Shown: positions 46,915-58,850 of the stretch, in pieces | Layout: each line of letters opens with the position of its first letter | Position numbering within the stretch: the stretch's first letter is position 1 | Source of the DNA: Squalus acanthias | Taxonomy: Eukaryota | DNA length: 64,000 nucleotides | NCBI GenBank assembly: GCA_030390025.1 | Contig: CM059432.1 | Span: forward strand, 83,702,001 to 83,766,000 | Direction of reading: 5' to 3' | Notes under the pieces: generated by a model | The model's input: the letters and a program-made list of their open reading frames with translations, nothing else | Told to the model about the DNA's origin: nothing | Databases searched by the model: none | Made by a program: the position numbers and the translations under genes

Positions 46915-48990
46915 TAGTGTCATCCGCAAACTTAGATATGCGGCTCTCTATTCCTTCATCCAATTCATTTATAAATATAGTGAAAAGCTGTGGCCCCAGT
47001 ACAGATCCCTGGGAGGCACCACTAGTCACATCCTGTCAATTTGCGTACATAGCCATTATCCGTACTTTCCAAACCAATTCTCTATCTAAGCCAATAGGTT
47101 GTCTCCAATTCCATGCACTCTCATTTTTGTTAACAGTCTTTTATATGGAACCTTGTCAAATGCCTTATGGAAGTCCATATAAATAACATCCATAGATAAT
47201 CCCTTAACTACCACGTTAGTAACCTCCTCAAAAAATTCAACTAGGTTTGTTCGACAAAGCCTACCCTTTACAAATCTATGCTGGCTCTCCCTGATCAGCT
47301 CATATGTCAAAATCATGTAAAGTGCTCTGTCATGATATGGTTGTTGGAGGTCAATCATCTCATCCCCAGGACATCGCTGCATGAGTTCCTCAGGGCAGTG
47401 TCCTAGGCCCAACCATCTTCAGCTGCTTCATCAATGACCTTCCCTCCAACATAAGGTCAGAAGTGGGGATGTTCACTGACGATTGCAGAGTGTTCAGTGC
47501 CATTCACAACTCTTCAGCTAATGATGCATTCCATGCCTGCATGCAGCAAGACCTGGACGACATTCAGGCTTGGGCTGATAAGTGGCAAGTAACATTCACG
47601 CCACACAAGTGCCAGGCAATGACTATCTCCAACAAGCGAGCGTCTAACTGCCGCCGCTTAACATTCAACGGCATTACCATCACCAAATCCCCCACCATCA
47701 ACATCCTGGGGGTCACCATTGACTAGAAACTTAACTGGACCAGCCACATAAATACTGTGGCTACAAGAGCAGGTCAGAGGCTAGGTATTCTGCAGTGAGT
47801 GTCTCACCTCCTTACTCCCCAAAGCCTTTCCACCATCTACAAAGCACAAGTCAGGAGTGTGATGGAATACTCTCCACTTGCAGCTCCAACAACACTCAAG
47901 AAGCTCAACACCATCTAGGACAAAGCAGCCTGCTTGATTGGCACCCCTTCCACCACCTTAAACATTCACTCCCTCCACCACCAGCGTACCGTGGCTGCAG
48001 TGTGTACCATCTACAAGATACACTGCAGCAACTCGCCAAGGCTTCTTCGGCAGCACCTCCCAAACCCGCGACCTCTACCACCTAGAAGGACAAGGGCAGC
48101 AGACACGTGGGAACACCATCACCTGCAAGTTCCCCTCCAAGTTACACACCATCCTGGCTTGGAAATATATTGCTGTTTCATCATCGCTGGGTCAAAATCC
48201 TGGAACTCCCTCCCTAACAGCACTGTGCGAGTACCTTCACCACATGGACTGCAGCGGTTCAAGAAGGCGGCTCACCACCACCTTCTCAAGGTCAATTAGG
48301 GATGGGCAATAAATGCTGGCCTTGCCAGCGACGCCCACATCCCATAAAACAAGTAAAAATAAACTATGTCCCTAATAATCGATCTTAGTAACTTCTCCAC
48401 AACTGAGATTAGACTAATAGGTCTATAATTTCCTTGTTTTTCTCTTACCCTTCTTAAATAGTGGATTGACATTGGCAATCCAAGGGAACAATTCCTGAGA
48501 CAAATCGAGACAGTTTTGGAAAATCATGACGAATGCATCAACAATTTCTTTATCTACTACTTTTAATATCCTGGGGTGGAAACCATCAGGTCCTGGAAAT
48601 CTGTCTATAGTTAATAATATTAGTTTCTCCATCACCATATTTTTACTTATATTGAATCTAGTTAGTTCCTCCCCTTGATTTATTTTTATTTTTCCTTGCA
48701 TCTCTGGTATTTTATCCTCATCCTCTACTGTGAAGACCGATACAAAGTAACTATTTAGTAAATCTGCCATTTCCTTATTTCCAATTACAATATCACCTGC
48801 ATCTGTCATTAAGGGCCCACATTACTTTTATCCACCCTCTTTCTCCTAATATATTTGTAAAACCCTTTCGTGTTGCCCTTGATATGCCTCACAAGTTTTT
48901 TCTCGTATTCCTTTTCGCGGGTCTTACCACTTTCTTTGTGCCCCTTTGCTGTTCTTTGTATCTCTCCCAGTCTGCGGGATCTCGACTGTT
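46915..48990 (-). mobile_element. CR1 ORF2 fragment split by a family-T insertion
   Basis: SQHRFVKGRLCRTNLVEFFEEVT..MDFHKAFDKVP (47090-47320) and GNKEMADLLNSYF..PGPDGFHPRILK (48420-48810). Confidence 0.82.
47338..48360 (+). mobile_element. Family-T LINE 3' fragment
   Basis: Colinear with ~4390-5425, including the tail. Confidence 0.92.
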
Positions 48991-49071
48991 CTTTGTCAAG
49001 TCACTGGAACAGAAACCACAGGTGAAGGAGGTGAGATCTGCTCTCATTTTAACATAATGTTACCAGACAAG

Positions 49072-49800
49072 GGGCCGGATTTTATTGTAGAAATAACGGT
49101 GAGGCTATCAACGCTCACCTTTCTCAAATAGTAAATCGGACAGCAACTTCTAGCGCAGAATTAATACTTCCTGGTTCAGACCCTACACAAGCGTAGTTAA
49201 ATGTGGAAATACATTGAACGGCATTAAATTACTGTACTTACCTGATAATTACGAACTAACCTCGCCAGAAAAAGTTAGGACATGTCCATTCAAATGTAAG
49301 TACCCTTTTAATGCTCTGGTAAGCCTTAATTGCTGCCAAACAACCTCTCTGGCACTGAAAATTAACTTTTACAAGTGTGGAGTCTCATTCCTTCAGTTTT
49401 CAATTATTGTTGGAGATTTAAAACAATAAAAAAAACGTAAATAAAACAATTTTTCTTTACTTTTTCTCTCTATCTCTTTTATCTAGCTCTCTTATAGCAA
49501 TCTTTCCCTCTCGTTATTTCACTTTCTGTACCTGATTTCACATTGAATTAAAAATTGATACTTCCTGGTTCAGACCCTGCACTACTTATTAACGATTCGT
49601 CAATCTGATTGGTTAAGGAGATACACAGTTGATTCCCCTATTCATACAGGTCCCAGATGCCCTGTAGAGGGTGGGGCACTGGTAGGATGTCTTGCTGCCA
49701 GCAACTTGCTGTGCAAAACCCCATGGAAAGTCTATGGGCAAGTGCACGTCGAACGAATGGCAGGCACTGTTTGTTCACCACTGAGAGCAAATTCCAGCCC
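49072..49800. mobile_element. Harbinger-type MITE
   Basis: Termini gggccggatttt / aaattccagccc; flanks aag/aat; internal direct repeat atacttcctggttcagaccct at ~49165 and ~49558. Confidence 0.7.
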
Positions 49801-49925
49801 AATGTGAATGAAAGGATAAATTAATTTTTCAGAATTACCATAGTTATCGCCAAATAAAAGATTTCAATATAGAATATTCACAGGTATATTCAAACAGCTT
49901 ACTGCGCCCGGGCCGACTGCGGCTC

Positions 49926-52900
49926 TTTTTTTTAATCATTCATGGAATGTGGGAGACGCTGGGAAGGCCAGCATTTATTTCCCATCCCTAGTTGCCCTTG
50001 AGAAGGTGGTGGTGAGCCACCTCCTTGAACCGCTGCAGTCTGTGTGGTGAAGGTACTCCCAGAGTGTTGTTAGGGAGGGAGTTCCAGGATTTTGAACCTG
50101 GAGGGATTGTGACTTGGAGGGGAACTTGGAGGTGGTGGTGTTCCCATGTGCCTGCTGCCCTTGTCCTTCTAGGTGGAAGAGGTCATGATTTGGGAGGTGC
50201 TGCCGAAGAAGCCTTGGCAAGTTGCAGCAGTGCATCTTGTAGATGGTACACACTGCAGCCACGGTGTGCCTGGTGGTGGAGGGAGTGAATGTTTAAGGTG
50301 GTGGATGGGGTGCCAATCAAGCGGGCTGCTTTGTCTTGGATGGTGTCGAGCTTCTTGAGTGTTGTTGGAGCTGCACTCATCAGGCAAGTGGAGAGTATTC
50401 CATCACACTCCTTACTTGTGCCTTGTAGACGGTGGAAAGGCTTTGGGGAGTCAGGAGGTGAGACACTCGCCACAGAATACCCAGCCTCTGACCTGCTCTT
50501 GTTGCCACAGTATTTATATGGCTGGTCTAGTTAAGTTTCTGGTCAATGGTGACCCCCAGGATGTTGATGGTGGGGGATTTGGCGATGGTAATGCTGGTTA
50601 ATGTCAAGGGGCAGTGGTTAGACGCTCGCTTGTTGGAGATACTCATTGCCTGGTACTTGTGTGGCGCGAATGTTACCTGCCACTTTTCAGCCCAAGCCTT
50701 AATATCATCCAGGTGTTGCTGCATGCGGGCATGGACTGCTTTATTATCTGAGGAGTTGCGAATGGCACTGAACACTGTGTAGTCATCAGCGAACATCCCC
50801 ACTTCTGACCTTATGATGGAGGGAAGGTCATTGATGAAGCAGCTGAAGATGATTGGGCCTAGGACACTGCCCTGAGGAACTCCTGCAGCGATGTCCTGGG
50901 GCTGTGATGATTGACCTCCAACCACCACAACCATCTTCCTTTGTGCTAGGTATGACCCCAGCCAGTGGAGAGTTTTCCCACCGATTCCCATTGACGTCAG
51001 TTTTACTAGGGCTCCTTGATGCCACACTCGGTCAAATGCTGCCTTGATGTCAAGGGCAGTCACTCTCACCTCACCTCTGGAATTCAGCTCTTTTGTCCAT
51101 ATTTGGACCAAAGCTGTAATGAGGTCTGGAGCCAATGGTCCTGGCGGAACCCAAACTGGGCATCAATGAGCAGGCTATTGCTGAGTAAGTGCCGCTTGAT
51201 AGCACTGTCGACGACACCTTCCATCACTTTGCTGATGATTGAGAGTAGACTGATGGGGCGGTAATTGGCCGGATTGGATTTGTCCTGCTTTTTGTGGACA
51301 GGACATACCTGGGCAGTTTTCCACATTGTCGGATAGATGCCAGTGTTATAGCTAAACTGAAACATCTTGGCTAGAGGCGCAGCTAGTTCTGGAGCACAAG
51401 TCTTCAGCGCGACAGTCGGGATGTTGTTGGGGCCCACAGCCTTTGCTGTATCCAGTACCCTCAGTCGTTTCTTGATATCACGTGGAGTGAGTCGAATTGG
51501 CTGAAGACTGGCTTCTGTGATGGTAGGGACCTCAGAAGGAGGCCGATATCAGCACTTCTGGCTGAAGACATTTGCAAACGCTTCAGCCTTGTCTTTTGCA
51601 CCCACTTGCTGGGCTCCACCATCATTGAGGATGGGGATATTCATGGAGCCTCCCTCTCCCGTTAGTTGTTTAATGGTCTACCACCATTCACGACTGGATG
51701 TGGCAGGACTGCAGAGCTTTGGTCTGATCCGTTGATTGTGGGATCGCTTAGCCCTGTCTACAGCATGCTGCTTCCACTTTTTAGCATGCATGTAGTCCTG
51801 TGTTGCAGCTTCCCCAGGTTGGCATCTCATTTTTAGGTGCACCTGGTGCTGCTCCTGGCATGCTCTTCTACACTCCTTATTGAACCAGGGTTGGTCCCCT
51901 GGCTTGATGGTAATGGTAGAGTGAGGGATATGCCGAGCCATGAGGTTACAGATTGTGGTGGAATACAATTCTGCTGCTGCTGATGGCCCACAGCGCCTCA
52001 TTGATGCCCAGTTTTGAACTGCTAGATCTGTTCTGAATCTATCCCATTTAGCACGGTGGTAGTGCCACACAACACAATGGAGGGTGTCCTCAGTATTAAA
52101 ATGGGACTGCGTCTCCACAATGACTGTGCGGTGGTCACTGCTACCAATACTGACATGGACAGATGCATCTGTGACAGGTAGATTGGTGAGGACGAGGTCA
52201 AGTAGGTTTTTCCCTCGTGTTGTTTCTCTCACCTCCTGTCACAGGCCAAGACTGGCAGCTATATCCTTCAGGATTCAGCCAGCTCGGTCAGTAGTGGTGC
52301 TACCGAGCCACTCTTCATGATGGACATTGAAGTCCCCCAGCCAGAGTACATTCTGTGCCCTTGCTCCCTTCCGTGCTTCTTCCAAGTGGTGTTCAACATG
52401 GAGGAATACTGATTCATCAGCTGAGGGTGGTAATCAGCTGGAGGTTTCCTTGCCTATGCTTGACCTGAAGCCATGAGACTTCATGGGGTCCAGAGTCAAT
52501 GTTGAGGACTCCCAGGGCCACTCCTTCCCGACTGTATACCACGGTGCCGCCACCCCTGTTGGGTATGTCCTGTCCCACCAGGGATGGTGATGGAGGAGTC
52601 TGGGACATTGGCTGAAAGGTATGATTCTTTGAGTATGACTGTCAGGCTGTTGCTTGACTAGTCTGTGGGACAGCTCTCCCAATTTTGGCACAAGTCCCCA
52701 GATATTGGTAAGGAGGACTTTGCAGGGTCGACTGGGCTGGGTGTGCCGTTGTCGTGTCCATAGCCGGTGCCGAGGTCAATGCCGGGTGGTCTTTTATTCT
52801 TATTGTTTTTCACAACTGAGTGCAGTTAAGAGTCAACCACATTGCTGTGGATCTGGAGTCACATATAGGCCAGACCAGGTAAGGACGGCAGATTTCCTTG

Positions 52901-53101
52901 TCTAAAGGACCAGGGAACCAGACAATCCAATAGTTTCATGGTTACCATTACTGATACTAGTTTTTCATTCCAGATTTATTTAATTAACTGAATTTAAATT
53001 CCCCAGCTGCCGTGGTGGGATTTGCACTCACATCTCACGGATCATTCGTCCAGGCCTCTGGATTACTAGTCCAGCAACATAACCACTATGCTACTGTTCC
53101 C
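49926..53101 (-). mobile_element. Family-T LINE spanning tRNA head to tail (small internal deletions, ORF broken)
   Basis: Minus strand: gggaacagtagcatagtgg (A box 53083-53093), gagtgcaaatccc (B-box-like 53017-53029), SINE-like body, APE start MPKLGELSHRLVKQQPD, RT ALDIKAAFDRVWH..FADD, tail and A-run at ~49926-49933. Confidence 0.92.
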
Positions 53102-55161
53102 GTTTTCTTGCAAGCTTCTATTATGCTACTTGTCATGGCCTGCACAAGTATCGGCCTGTATTTCCCACCTGACTTTCTATTTCATGCTGCTGTTCCCAAT
53201 CCTAACTCTTTCTGATTGCTACCATCTTTACTTTTTTCCCTCCAATTTTCTTTTCGAATCTTCTCCCCTCCCTTCCTGTCCTCAAGCCTCTCACTCCTTG
53301 ATAGGGCATGATTAAATAAGTGCTGATTACCCCCCAGTACCTCACTCATGTCCATTGCTCATGTGTGGGATTTGAAAGTGAAGGTTGTCTGGCTATTTGA
53401 TTAAGGTTTTGTTTAGTTTGATCCTGTCCTCACCTGATGTTCACACATGTGCACTTCCAGTAGGCATGATGGGAGAGCCAGTGCTGAGGCCAATTTTAAT
53501 GTCGTACCACCATCCTGGCTTCGATCAGCTAACATCAAAGCAGGGGGAACATACTTCCATCATTCGCTGTTTGGACCCTGACTTACAATCTTACAGTTTG
53601 TGCCAGAAACTTATGATTTTAGTCTTGAAAGAGCATGAAAATATTGTTATTTTCTAAAATCATTTTAAAGCTTCAGACACATGGGCCTTTACCTTGGAGC
53701 CGGGTTGTGGGTGTGCGGGCCGCGCAGCGGGTCGGGAACCTGAAGATGTGAACCGCGCGTTCTGCAGTGCAAGTTTTACTGAATGGCCCCAATTAAAACA
53801 GGCATGCGTGTTTCCCGGCCCAATTAAATGGAGCGGGTCTGATGACGTTATCGACGATTCGTTTCCAGCGCGGATATTTAAAGCAGCCTTGCCACATCTC
53901 ATTTGAAGGTTGATGTAGGAGTGCATAAGTTGGTTTCCAGGGGTCTCAATAACGTGATAAAACTGATAAAACTGTGGGTCATGGAGACAAGGCAGAGGGC
54001 CATGCCAAGATTCAATGATGCATTGCTGGAAGTTCAGATGCAGGCAGTAAGAGCACGCAGGGAGGTCCTCTTCCCTGGCGATCGACGCAAAAGTCTACCC
54101 AAAGACACAAAAAGGGCATGGCTGGAGATGGCAGAGGAGATCAGCAGCAGGGATGTGGTCATGAGGACGTGGATCCAGTGCCGGAAAAGATTCAATGATC
54201 TAATGAGATCAGGAAAGGTGAGTGCAAAAGCCACACTCACCTACATCCTGAAGTGCCTGTCACCCCAACCCCATCACTCTGCCTTCCCAAGCCTACTCCT
54301 GCACATCACTCCTCACACCAACCTACCTTGCACATCCACCCATCCCTCTCTCTCTATGTACATACTCACATCCCCATCTGACTAACCACCCCTTACACTC
54401 CCCCTCATCTTAATGCAATCATAGCAAGTAACACCACAGATGGGCCATTTGGCAATATCATGCCACTCCCTCATAGCCACCCTCTACAGATGTAGCCCAT
54501 CCATTCCTTACACTCATTCCATCACTCTCACTCAAAGTTCTCTTATTTCTCTCCTTGCAGGAAAAGAGAGCCTACAACAATAGGGAGAGGCAGAGAACCG
54601 GAGGTGGCCCTCCAGTATTCTGTCAATTGACTCCAGCAGAGGAGGAGGCCCTGGAGATCTCTGGAGTTGCAGAGCTGCTGGCAGTGGAAGACAGAGCGAG
54701 GAGGACATCCCAGCAACCTGGTGACAGAATTACATCTCATACAGTCACATGGCATACAACAGTCACTCATATGGTGACTGATGTCAGCAGCCAGTGAAAT
54801 GTCATCATGTGCATAATGGTAACATTACCCATTCTTATTCTAATTCATCCCTTTACTCTCCCACAGGTCCATCAAGTACCCCCGCCCCCACCCCCCACTG
54901 TCCAGCCGGAGGAGGAAGATGACATAAGAACATAAGAACATAAGAAATAGGAGCAGGAGTAGGCCAATCGGCCCCTCGAGCCTGCTCCGCCATTCAATAA
55001 GATCATGGCTGATCTGATCCTAACCGCCAATCTACTATCTATCACAGAACCATCTCCTGCATCTAACAGAATTGCACACACGAAATAGGAGCAGAATCAG
55101 GCTACACAGTCCCTGGGCCCGCTCCACTACCCACAGGGCCATGACCGATCCGAACCTAGAC

Positions 55162-58113
55162 TCATGTCCAAATTCCTGCCCGCTCCCCGTAACCCTTAAT
55201 GCCCTTTACTTCTAGGAAACTGTCTATTTCTGTTTTAAATTTAATTAATGTTGTAGCTTCTACAGCTTTTTGTGGCAGCATATTCCATGGACCTACCACC
55301 CTCTGAGTGAAGTAGTTCCTCCTCATCTCAGTTTTGAAAGAGCAGCCCCTTATTCTAAGACTATGTCCCCTAGTTCTCGTCTCACCCGTCATCGGGAACA
55401 TCCTCCCCGCATCCACCCGATCCAACCCCTTCACAATCTTATATGTTTCAATAAGATCGCCTCTCATTCTTCTGAACTCCAATGAGTAGAGTCCCAATCT
55501 ACCCAACCTCTCCTCATATGACCACCCCCTCATCCCCGGGATTAACCGAGTGAACCTTTTTTGCACTGCCTCGAGAGCAAGGATGTCTTTCCTTAAGTAA
55601 GGACACCAAAACTGTATGCAGTATTCCAGGTGCGGTCTCACCAATACCTTGTACAACTGAAGCAATACCTCCCTATTTTTATATTCTATCCCCCTAGCAA
55701 TGAAAGCCAACATTCCATTTGCCTTCTTAATCACTTGCTGCACCTGCATACTAACCTTTTGAGTTTCGTGCACCAGGACCCCCAGATCCCTTTGCACTTC
55801 AGTACTCTCCAGTTTCTTGCCATTAAGATAATAAATTGCTCTAGGATTTTTCCTGCCAAAGTGCATCACCTCACACTTTCCAGTGTTGTATTCCATCTGC
55901 CAAATCTCTGCCCACTTACTTAGCCTGTCTATGTCCCCTTGCAGGTTTTTTATGTCCTCCTCACTCACTACTTTCCCTCCCATCTTTGTATCATCTGCAA
56001 ATTTTGATATGTTACACTTGGTCCCTTCCTCCAAATCGTTAATATAGATTGTGAAGAGTTGGGGACCCAGCACTGACCCCTGTGGAACACCACTAGTTAC
56101 TGATTGCCAGTCTGAGAATGAACCATTTATCCCAACTCTTTGCTTTCTGTTAGATAGCCAATCCTCTATCCATGCCAGAATATTACCCCCAATCCCGTGA
56201 TTTTTTACCTTAAGCAATAATCTTTTGTGTGGCACCTTGTCAAATGCCTTTTGGAAGTCTAAATACACTACGTCCACTGGTTCCCCTTTATCCACTCTAT
56301 ATGTTACTTCCTCAAAGAACTCCAGCAAATTTGTCAAACATGACTTCCCCTTCGTAAAACCATGCTGACTTTGTCCTATTAAATTATGATTATCCAAATG
56401 TCCTGTTACTGGTTCCTTAATAATGGACTCCAAAATTTTACCTACCACAGATGTTAGGCTAACCGGTCTATAGTTACCAGCCTTCTGTCTACTGCCCTTT
56501 TTAAATAAGGGTGTTACATTAGCAGTTTTCCAGTCTGCCGGGACCTTAGCGGAATCCAGGGAGTTTTGAAAAATTATTACCAATGCATCTACAATCCCTA
56601 CCGCCACTTCCTTCAAGACTCTAGGATGTAAGCCATCCGGTCCAGGTGATTTATCCGCCTTGAGTCCCATTATTTTACCGAGTACCACTTCCTTAGTGAT
56701 TTTGATCGTGTTTAGCTCCTCTCCCCCTATAGCCCCCTGTTTGTCCAGTGTTGGGATATTCTTAGTGTCCTCTACTGTAAAGACTGATACAAAATATTCA
56801 TTCAGTGTTTTTGCCATCTCCATATTTCCCACCATTAATTTCCCGGTCTCATCCTCTAAGGGACCAACATTTACTTTAGCCACCCTTTTTCTTTTTATAT
56901 AACTATAAAAACTCTTACTATCTGTTTTTATATTTTTTGCTAATTTACTTTCATAATCTATCTTCCCTTTCTTAATCAATCTTTTTGTTATTTTTTGCTG
57001 CCTTTTAAAGTTTTCCCAATCCTCTGTCCTCCCACTAGATTTCGCTACCTTATATGCCCTTGTTTTTAGTCGAATACTATCCTTAATTTCTTTACTTAGC
57101 CACGGATGACTGTCCTTTCTTTTACACCCTTTTCTTTTCAGTGGAATATATTTTTTTTGGAAGTTGTAAAATAACTCCTTGAATGTACACCACTGATCAT
57201 GTGTCGTCTTACCCTTTAATCTATTTTCCCAATCCACTCTACTCAATTCCGCTCGCATACCTTCATAGTCTCCTTTATTCAAGCTTAGCACGCTTGTTTG
57301 AGATCCAACCTTCTCACCCTCTAATTGAATATGGAATTCAACCATGTTATGGTCACTCATTCCAAGGGGATCCTTTACTAGGACATTTTTAATTAATCCT
57401 GTCTCGTTACACAGGACCAGATCTAAGGTTGCTTGCCCCCTGGTCGGTTCAGTTACATACTGCTCAAGAAACCCATCCCTAATACACTCAATGAACTCAT
57501 CCTCAAGGCAGCCCTGCCCCATTTGATTTGTCCAATTAATATGATAGTTAAAATCCCCCATAATTATAGATGTTCCCTTATTACATGCCTCAACTATTTC
57601 CTGATTGATACTCCGTCCAATAGAGTTGCAACTGTTCGGAGGCCTATAGACTACGCCCACTAATGTTTTTTTCCCCTTATTATTCCTTATCTCCACCCAA
57701 ACTGTTTCATTATCATGATTTTTTGACCCAATATCATTACTCTGTATTACAGTGATTCCTTCCTTTATTAACATAGCCACCCCACCTCCCCTTCCTTCCT
57801 GCCTGTCCTTCCTGATCGTTAAATAACCTGGTATGTTTAATTCCCAGGCATTGTCACCCTGCAGCCATGTTTCTGTAATGGCCACAATATCATAACCATA
57901 TGTAGTTAATTGTGCCATTAACTCGTCTATTTTGTTACGAATGCTATGTGCATTCAGATAGAGAACTTTCAAATATGCTTTGTGGCACTTAGTTCCTGCT
58001 TTTTCACTTTTTACCAGTTTACCTTTTACTCCACACACTCTGTCCCTTCCTGCCACGCTCTGATTTGTGATTCCCCTACTGCTACCTATGTCTATGACCC
58101 TCTCTGTTGTCAT
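55162..58113 (-). CDS. CR1 ORF2: APE endonuclease plus reverse transcriptase, uninterrupted 983 aa
   Basis: YLNAHSIRNK, AITETW, GDFN, SDH (APE); YLDFQKAFDKVPH, GVPQGSVLGP, FADD (RT); no internal stop. Confidence 0.95.
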   Translation of the reverse strand: MTTERVIDIGSSRGITNQSVAGRDRVCGVKGKLVKSEKAGTKCHKAYLKVLYLNAHSIRNKIDELMAQLTTYGYDIVAITETWLQGDNAWELNIPGYLTIRKDRQEGRGGGVAMLIKEGITVIQSNDIGSKNHDNETVWVEIRNNKGKKTLVGVVYRPPNSCNSIGRSINQEIVEACNKGTSIIMGDFNYHINWTNQMGQGCLEDEFIECIRDGFLEQYVTEPTRGQATLDLVLCNETGLIKNVLVKDPLGMSDHNMVEFHIQLEGEKVGSQTSVLSLNKGDYEGMRAELSRVDWENRLKGKTTHDQWCTFKELFYNFQKKYIPLKRKGCKRKDSHPWLSKEIKDSIRLKTRAYKVAKSSGRTEDWENFKRQQKITKRLIKKGKIDYESKLAKNIKTDSKSFYSYIKRKRVAKVNVGPLEDETGKLMVGNMEMAKTLNEYFVSVFTVEDTKNIPTLDKQGAIGGEELNTIKITKEVVLGKIMGLKADKSPGPDGLHPRVLKEVAVGIVDALVIIFQNSLDSAKVPADWKTANVTPLFKKGSRQKAGNYRPVSLTSVVGKILESIIKEPVTGHLDNHNLIGQSQHGFTKGKSCLTNLLEFFEEVTYRVDKGEPVDVVYLDFQKAFDKVPHKRLLLKVKNHGIGGNILAWIEDWLSNRKQRVGINGSFSDWQSVTSGVPQGSVLGPQLFTIYINDLEEGTKCNISKFADDTKMGGKVVSEEDIKNLQGDIDRLSKWAEIWQMEYNTGKCEVMHFGRKNPRAIYYLNGKKLESTEVQRDLGVLVHETQKVSMQVQQVIKKANGMLAFIARGIEYKNREVLLQLYKVLVRPHLEYCIQFWCPYLRKDILALEAVQKRFTRLIPGMRGWSYEERLGRLGLYSLEFRRMRGDLIETYKIVKGLDRVDAGRMFPMTGETRTRGHSLRIRGCSFKTEMRRNYFTQRVVGPWNMLPQKAVEATTLIKFKTEIDSFLEVKGIKGYGERAGIWT

Positions 58114-58151
58114 TTTTATTTTTTGCTCTCTTGAAACCTCCCCCCCACTAA

Positions 58152-58850
58152 TTAGTTTAAAGCCCTCTCCACAGCCCTAGTTATTCGATTCGCCAGGACA
58201 CTAGTCCCAGCACTGGCCAAGTGAAGTCCGTCCCAACGGAACAGCTCTCTCCTGCCCCAGTACTGGTGCCAGTGTCCCAAGAAGCAAAACCCATTTTTCC
58301 CACACCAGTCTTTGAGCCACGCATTCAACTCCCTGATTTTATTTACCCTAGCCAAATTTGCTCGTGGCTCAGGTAGTAATCCAGAGATTATTACCCTCGA
58401 GGTTCTGCTTTTTAATTTGGCCCCTAGCTGCTCAAACTCCCTCAGCAGAACCTCTTTCCTTGTCCTATCTATGTCATTGGTACCAACATGGACCACGACA
58501 ACTGGATCCTCCCCCTCCCACTCCAAGTTTCTCTCCAGCCCAGAGGAGATGTCCTTAACCCTGGCACCGGGCAGGCAACACAGCCTTCGGGACTCTCGCT
58601 CTTGGCTGCAAAGAACCCTATCTATCCCCCTAATGATACTATCCCCTACCACGACAACATTTCTTTTTACTCCCCCCACTTGAATGGCCCCCCTTACCAC
58701 GGTGCTGTGGCCAGGTTGCTCATCCTCCCTGCAGTCCCCGCTCCTATCCACACAGGGAGTAAGAGCCTCGAACCTGTTGGACAAGAGCAAGGGCTGCGGC
58801 TCCTCCAACACTACCTCCTGGATCCCTGTACCTGCCTCACTCGTAGTCAC
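58152..58850 (-). CDS. CR1 ORF1 C-terminal SGNH/GDSL esterase domain (5'-truncated)
   Basis: VVGDS, PGAR, HVGTND and DGLHL blocks of the SGNH hydrolase fold. Confidence 0.9.
   Translation of the reverse strand: MTTSEAGTGIQEVVLEEPQPLLLSNRFEALTPCVDRSGDCREDEQPGHSTVVRGAIQVGGVKRNVVVVGDSIIRGIDRVLCSQERESRRLCCLPGARVKDISSGLERNLEWEGEDPVVVVHVGTNDIDRTRKEVLLREFEQLGAKLKSRTSRVIISGLLPEPRANLARVNKIRELNAWLKDWCGKNGFCFLGHWHQYWGRRELFRWDGLHLASAGTSVLANRITRAVERALN

Larger units (their letters stand above)
54923..58850 (-). mobile_element. Young CR1 LINE, 5'-truncated within ORF1
   Basis: Tail repeats (ttcttatg)n on minus strand at 54923-54945; uninterrupted ORF2 and ORF1 C-terminal part. Confidence 0.97.

Noticed and set aside
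53290..53580. Possible old SINE remnants (also ~16380-16600)
   Set aside because: Too degraded to assign boundaries or family by eye.
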